The notes under the pieces are model-generated. The model worked only from the letters and a program-made list of their open reading frames with translations, made no database searches and was not told where the DNA came from. This document shows, one piece after another, positions 59,634 to 64,000 of a DNA stretch of 64,000 nucleotides. This DNA comes from a virus. The stretch is from positions 6,726 through 70,725 of IMG/VR virus record IMGVR_UViG_3300044732_000643; one strand, 5' to 3'. The position numbers and the translations under genes were made by a program. Positions within the stretch are counted from its first letter, which is position 1, and each line of letters begins with the position of its first letter.

Positions 59634-62600
59634 TGGAGTGTAGTAGTAAGATGAACAGCCTTGATATGCTTAAGGCTGAAAACATCATTAGTGACGTAAG
59701 AGTAATTCAAGACTTCCAAAGATTTGATGATGCTAATCTTAGACTAACTGAGTTTGCCAAAAGAACTTATGGTCTAGCACCTACACCAGGTGAACTACTA
59801 TACAGTGTATCTGACAAAAAAGTAAACGGGAATGTTATATATAGAGCTGAACCTAATGAACTGCTCTTCTCAGTATTAGACGGGTTAATTGATGAGCAGG
59901 AGACTAAGTTGCTCATGCAAAAGAGAGAAGCTTCTAATGAAGATGACATAGCTTCTTTTATGAGAGAGGAGCCTAAAGAAGGTGTAAAAGAACTCTTTGA
60001 TAATAATCCAGAACTAGTTACCATAGGTACACAAGAACAATACACTGCTTATCTAAATAGTATCTTTCCTGAAAGCACTGTAAAAGATATTGTTTATCAT
60101 GATGCTTACAATGGGGATATAGTATCTGAAGGATTTCTTAAAGAAAGAATTAATCAAGGTGATGGTTTATTTCTTGGAGATGGGTTTTACTTTTATTTTA
60201 GAAAAAATGTTAGTATAGTAGAACTTAGAGAAGAGTTTCTTGAAGATAAAAATAACATATTAACTGATCCAGATTATTCTAATTGGGAAGAACGTAATTT
60301 TACTGAAGAGCAATGGGAAGAAGCATGGAAAGACTTTAAAAGAAAGTCCCAAGGATATTCTATGTCAAGAAAGTATAGTATACCTGTTATAGTAAACGTA
60401 AAAAAAACATTTAAAAAATACGGAGAGACTTATAATGACATAGTAAAGAAGCTTAAGGAAAAAGATCCAAAATTTATGCCTTCAAGTTATTATAGTGTAG
60501 TTGCAGAAATGTTGGGTGTTGATAGTGATACTTTAAACAGAAACACTAATAGAAAGTATATAGATATTGCAAACAATTTCCCTGTTATTACAAAATCCAT
60601 TTCTGATCTTTTAAATGAAAAATTTGGATATGATAGTGTCAACAATCAACTTGGTAATATTAAAGAGTTATTAGTATTTGAACCTGAGCAAATCCACATA
60701 CTAGGTTCAGAACAAGATATTGAGGGCTTTAGAAGGTTTGTTAATGACCCTACTGGACTTAATGTATTTGAGAATATAGATTTGAGTCAGACTGAATATT
60801 ACGGTGAGAACAATGAGAGCGTGCCAGTTATGGTGGACGGTATCAGAGTTGGGGACATTTCATATGGTCTTAGCGGTAATTATGCTGTAATCAACTTTGC
60901 AAATATACCTGATGAATATAAGAAAAGCGGGGTACTGAAGAACGCTGTGATTGAGCTAGGAGAAACGCTTAAAGCGGATGGCTTAACATTGGTATCTGAT
61001 GCTTTAGATCCACTTACCAACATGGTATGGGCGGAACTTATTATGGATAACCAGGCTCACATCAATGAAGACCTAGTATATGCATATGGTGAAGGTCCCA
61101 TGAATATGGGTGTCAAGAGTGACATGGACATAGAAAGATCAGCTGTACTAGGTACTATCTTTGCTCAGAAATTATCTGAGTCTATGAAGACTCCTTACCA
61201 ACAAATCACCCGGGAGGAAGCTTCTAGGATTCTAAAAAATTCTCCTATCAAATATAATGGTGAGCCAGCATTCTATTATGCCGGTACAGTGTACTTTATA
61301 GAAGGAGGTCTTACATTAGATACAGCACTACATGAATTTTCCCATCCCCTCATAGCTGCAATTAGAAGAGATAACTCTAGGCTATTTGATAACTTGTATG
61401 ACCAACTTATGGGTACAGATGAAGGTCAGATGCTTAAAGAGAAAATGGCTAGACTCTATCCTGAACTACCAGAGGGAAGCGTTCTGTATAAAGAAGAGAT
61501 GCTAGTACATGCATTAAGTAAGAGAGCAACCAACCAAATAAGACAAGAGATTGAAACAGACGGCTTCTCTAGATTTATTAGAAACTTACTGTACGCAATC
61601 AAGCAGGCCCTTAAAGGTATCTTTGGTAGAGTAGATGTTGCTGACATAAATGCTAATACTACACTAGATCAATTAGCACAAAAGGTATTAACCCAAAGCT
61701 TTGAGATTGCTAGTAAGATGACTGATGAGGAGGTAGCCCAGTTTGCCAGAGCAGAGAAAGCCCGTATCAACAAGTTAGATAATACTAGTAAGGACCTTGC
61801 TAAAAATATTAGTGCTGATGCTATGATAGCAATAATCAATGACTTCTTCTTTAGAAATAAAGAGGTGTTAGATGTTGCTAAAAGAGTAAGTAAAAAGAGT
61901 CCTCAGTACAAGGTCTTGGAAAAAGCCATGTTTGAGAATGAAGGTCAGCGTTTGATTAAAGATGTTCAGGCCAGTGTTAGAAAGTTCCAGACCGTACAGA
62001 TATCTGCAAAAAGAAGTAGAGCTCAGATAGTTGATGATACTGTAGATGCAGAAATCAGAAGATTACAGGAGCTCACTTTACAGGCAACAACTGTTGTCTA
62101 TAGCTTCTCAGTTATTAACAATGTTATGGATAACATCTATGACAGTTTGAATGATCTTATTAGAAGTGGTGAGTATACTTCCCGTCAAGGTGAAAAACTC
62201 TTGGCTGTCTTTAATAGTACAGTTACTGCCTATGGTGAGTTGATTAAAGATACAGATGACTTGCTTGTACGTGACTTTGCAATGAAGACAGACAATCCGT
62301 TTGCTCAGATGTTAAGTCAGACAAATACAACTATTCAGAGATCTAAAAATCTAATCACTAAGATTAAGTTTGAGAGAGCTACAGAATTCTACAAAGAGTA
62401 TACTCAGTATATGAATGACTTTGTAAATAAAGAGCTTAAACAGAATCTTGACCAGCTTAGCGCGCGCCTATCAGAAGCTGAGATAGATGACCTCTATGAG
62501 AGAATTGTAAGTAATACAATCACAGATGAGGAAATAAATGCACTTAAAGATAAGAATCTTAGTGCACAAGGAGTTGGTGCTTTTATTGATCACTTTAGAA

Positions 62601-64000
62601 AATACAGAATCACTGAAGAAAGAATCCGGGGATTACTATCTGGTACGGAAGCAGATGCTTCTTGGTTCAATAGAATGCTTGAGGCTTACACATCTAGTAA
62701 TGATCCTATAGTAGGTGCCTTTGCAATATTTGTAAATGACATTGAGACCAATGCCATGCAAGAAGTGATGGATTCATCTGAAGTATTTAGACAAAAGCTT
62801 GAGCCATTACTTAAAGCTGTGGGTTACAATCCTAATAAGACGCGGCAGATACTTGAGCTTACTACATTTGAAGATGAGGTATTCCATGTAAACTCAAAAG
62901 GTGAAGGTGAAAGAGTAAAGGTTTACACACTGCAGAATGAGCACAAGGGTTACCGTGCTGATAGAGCAGAGCTAGCACATAAGTTTGAAGAAGCCAAAGA
63001 AACTGGTGACAGAGATAAGATTAAAGATAGCGCAGCAGAACTTAGAAAGCTCTCAATTGATTATCTATATGATATGTTCTTACCTGAAGTATACAAAGCT
63101 GATGAAGTCTTTGATACTCCTATAGGTAGATTAGCATGGATAGATAGACAAACTGCACTAGATAACTTTGCCGCAGAGACGGACAAGTACTCAAATGAGA
63201 TGGAAAGATTTGAGAGTTACTCTACAGCACAAGCTGCTTGGAAAGGATATCAACAACTCTTTGAGCTTAACTATATAGATGGTACACCTAAGTTTGATGA
63301 CCCTGCTACAGGAAGATATGACTTAAGTAAGGCTATGCTTCTCCGTGAATACCGTGATAAGAACAGAAAGTACTATGAGTTTGTAGAGGTACCGGGTTCT
63401 TTAGAAAGAGCATACAATGAATTTGCAAATCTACTTGATGCAGAAGGTGTAAAGAGAGATGGCCCTGAATGGAAAAAACGCATGAGTGAGTGGGATAAAC
63501 AAAACATCATGCTTGTTTATGCTCAGGAATACTATGATGCTAAAGTAAAAGACATTGAAAGACTTAAGGTACTTCAAGCTAAACAAAACGTAGCTGCTAA
63601 AGAGACTTTTAATCTTAGTGAAGCCTATGGGGATATCTTTGAATTGATATATGCATTTAAGGATGAAAAGAACCAACCGGTGCCGTCTGAACTTGGAGTT
63701 GACAGATTAAAGATGGTCAAAGAGCTTCAACAAAAGATCAATGATTTTAAAAACAGTTACAACTCTAAGTTAGGTTTAACTAGAGAACAGTTAGATGAGC
63801 TTGAAGCATACCGTGAAAAGGTTGAGACTAATGAAAAACTGAGCCCGGCAGAAACAAAGAGATTTGTAAAGCTCAGTGATATGCAATCAGGAGGACTTAC
63901 TGCTACTGAACATGCAGAGATGACAGGTATCTTTAATAGACTATCTGAGTTATCATCTAAGGTACCTACAGAATATTACATGGATGCACTTAACCACTAT
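59633..64000 (+). CDS. Giant polyvalent virion protein (3' truncated): ART-PolyVal-like, GNAT-like and zincin domains
   Basis: Not in ORF track because no stop is reached; ATG overlaps the RNAP stop (TAATG); MECSSK...; DIVYH...GDGFYF...ELLVFEPEQIHILG (60086-60710); IPDEYKKSG...LVSD...VW (60900-61035); HEFSH 61331-61345; still open at 64000 (VPTEYYMDALNHY). Confidence 0.85.
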   Translation, partial: MECSSKMNSLDMLKAENIISDVRVIQDFQRFDDANLRLTEFAKRTYGLAPTPGELLYSVSDKKVNGNVIYRAEPNELLFSVLDGLIDEQETKLLMQKREASNEDDIASFMREEPKEGVKELFDNNPELVTIGTQEQYTAYLNSIFPESTVKDIVYHDAYNGDIVSEGFLKERINQGDGLFLGDGFYFYFRKNVSIVELREEFLEDKNNILTDPDYSNWEERNFTEEQWEEAWKDFKRKSQGYSMSRKYSIPVIVNVKKTFKKYGETYNDIVKKLKEKDPKFMPSSYYSVVAEMLGVDSDTLNRNTNRKYIDIANNFPVITKSISDLLNEKFGYDSVNNQLGNIKELLVFEPEQIHILGSEQDIEGFRRFVNDPTGLNVFENIDLSQTEYYGENNESVPVMVDGIRVGDISYGLSGNYAVINFANIPDEYKKSGVLKNAVIELGETLKADGLTLVSDALDPLTNMVWAELIMDNQAHINEDLVYAYGEGPMNMGVKSDMDIERSAVLGTIFAQKLSESMKTPYQQITREEASRILKNSPIKYNGEPAFYYAGTVYFIEGGLTLDTALHEFSHPLIAAIRRDNSRLFDNLYDQLMGTDEGQMLKEKMARLYPELPEGSVLYKEEMLVHALSKRATNQIRQEIETDGFSRFIRNLLYAIKQALKGIFGRVDVADINANTTLDQLAQKVLTQSFEIASKMTDEEVAQFARAEKARINKLDNTSKDLAKNISADAMIAIINDFFFRNKEVLDVAKRVSKKSPQYKVLEKAMFENEGQRLIKDVQASVRKFQTVQISAKRSRAQIVDDTVDAEIRRLQELTLQATTVVYSFSVINNVMDNIYDSLNDLIRSGEYTSRQGEKLLAVFNSTVTAYGELIKDTDDLLVRDFAMKTDNPFAQMLSQTNTTIQRSKNLITKIKFERATEFYKEYTQYMNDFVNKELKQNLDQLSARLSEAEIDDLYERIVSNTITDEEINALKDKNLSAQGVGAFIDHFRKYRITEERIRGLLSGTEADASWFNRMLEAYTSSNDPIVGAFAIFVNDIETNAMQEVMDSSEVFRQKLEPLLKAVGYNPNKTRQILELTTFEDEVFHVNSKGEGERVKVYTLQNEHKGYRADRAELAHKFEEAKETGDRDKIKDSAAELRKLSIDYLYDMFLPEVYKADEVFDTPIGRLAWIDRQTALDNFAAETDKYSNEMERFESYSTAQAAWKGYQQLFELNYIDGTPKFDDPATGRYDLSKAMLLREYRDKNRKYYEFVEVPGSLERAYNEFANLLDAEGVKRDGPEWKKRMSEWDKQNIMLVYAQEYYDAKVKDIERLKVLQAKQNVAAKETFNLSEAYGDIFELIYAFKDEKNQPVPSELGVDRLKMVKELQQKINDFKNSYNSKLGLTREQLDELEAYREKVETNEKLSPAETKRFVKLSDMQSGGLTATEHAEMTGIFNRLSELSSKVPTEYYMDALNHY

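Noticed and set aside
1352-63676. Numerous minus-strand ORFs (e.g. 7293-7967, 7906-8598, 40391-40846) and short out-of-frame plus-strand ORFs
   Set aside because: All lie within long plus-strand genes; their F/L/S/V-rich composition is the antisense shadow of K/A/E codons; no free space or leaders
1-64000. Stop-codon reassignment (TAG or TGA) as in some crAss-like phages
   Set aside because: Multi-kb ORFs are intact in the standard code, and TAG (5192, 31671) and TGA (14244, 19282) end genes right before the next start
1-64000. tRNA, rRNA, CRISPR array, integrase or transposase
   Set aside because: Intergenic gaps are short (mostly <130 nt) and explained by terminators and leaders; no such motifs recognised

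Overview
A 64-kb, single-orientation (+ strand) virion-morphogenesis region of a large AT-rich dsDNA phage with crAss-like (Crassvirales-type) gene order. The host is most likely Bacteroidota: leaders are A/C-rich without Shine-Dalgarno sequences, and promoter-like sites read TTG-N20-TAnnTT. Gene order: acidic scaffold-like protein (5' truncated), major capsid protein, conserved protein, a 4.9-kb island of ten small Lys/Ala/Gly-rich basic proteins (two missed by the ORF track), ring protein, Dps/ferritin-like protein, a block of Cys-rich structural/fibre proteins, IHF/HU-like protein, two ring/tube proteins, a 1880-aa muzzle/tail-stabilisation protein, four cargo proteins, and three giant ejected polyvalent proteins. 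These are a 2650-aa protein with a PD-(D/E)xK nuclease, a 3635-aa virion RNA polymerase (DFDID) with SLOG-like and zincin domains, and a >1456-aa 3'-truncated protein (ART-PolyVal, GNAT-like, zincin) missed by the ORF track. Most striking unexplained signals: (i) a recurring [K/M]-[A/Y/F/M]-x-x-G-G/K tag shared by the basic proteins and the cargo proteins, which appears to delimit cassettes (possible processing or packaging signal); (ii) giant proteins essentially Cys-free except for single terminal cysteines that could chain them head-to-tail; (iii) a repeated variant Bacteroidota promoter; (iv) a hairpin loop complementary to AAACCAAC leaders. All family assignments come from motif recognition and synteny, not database searches.
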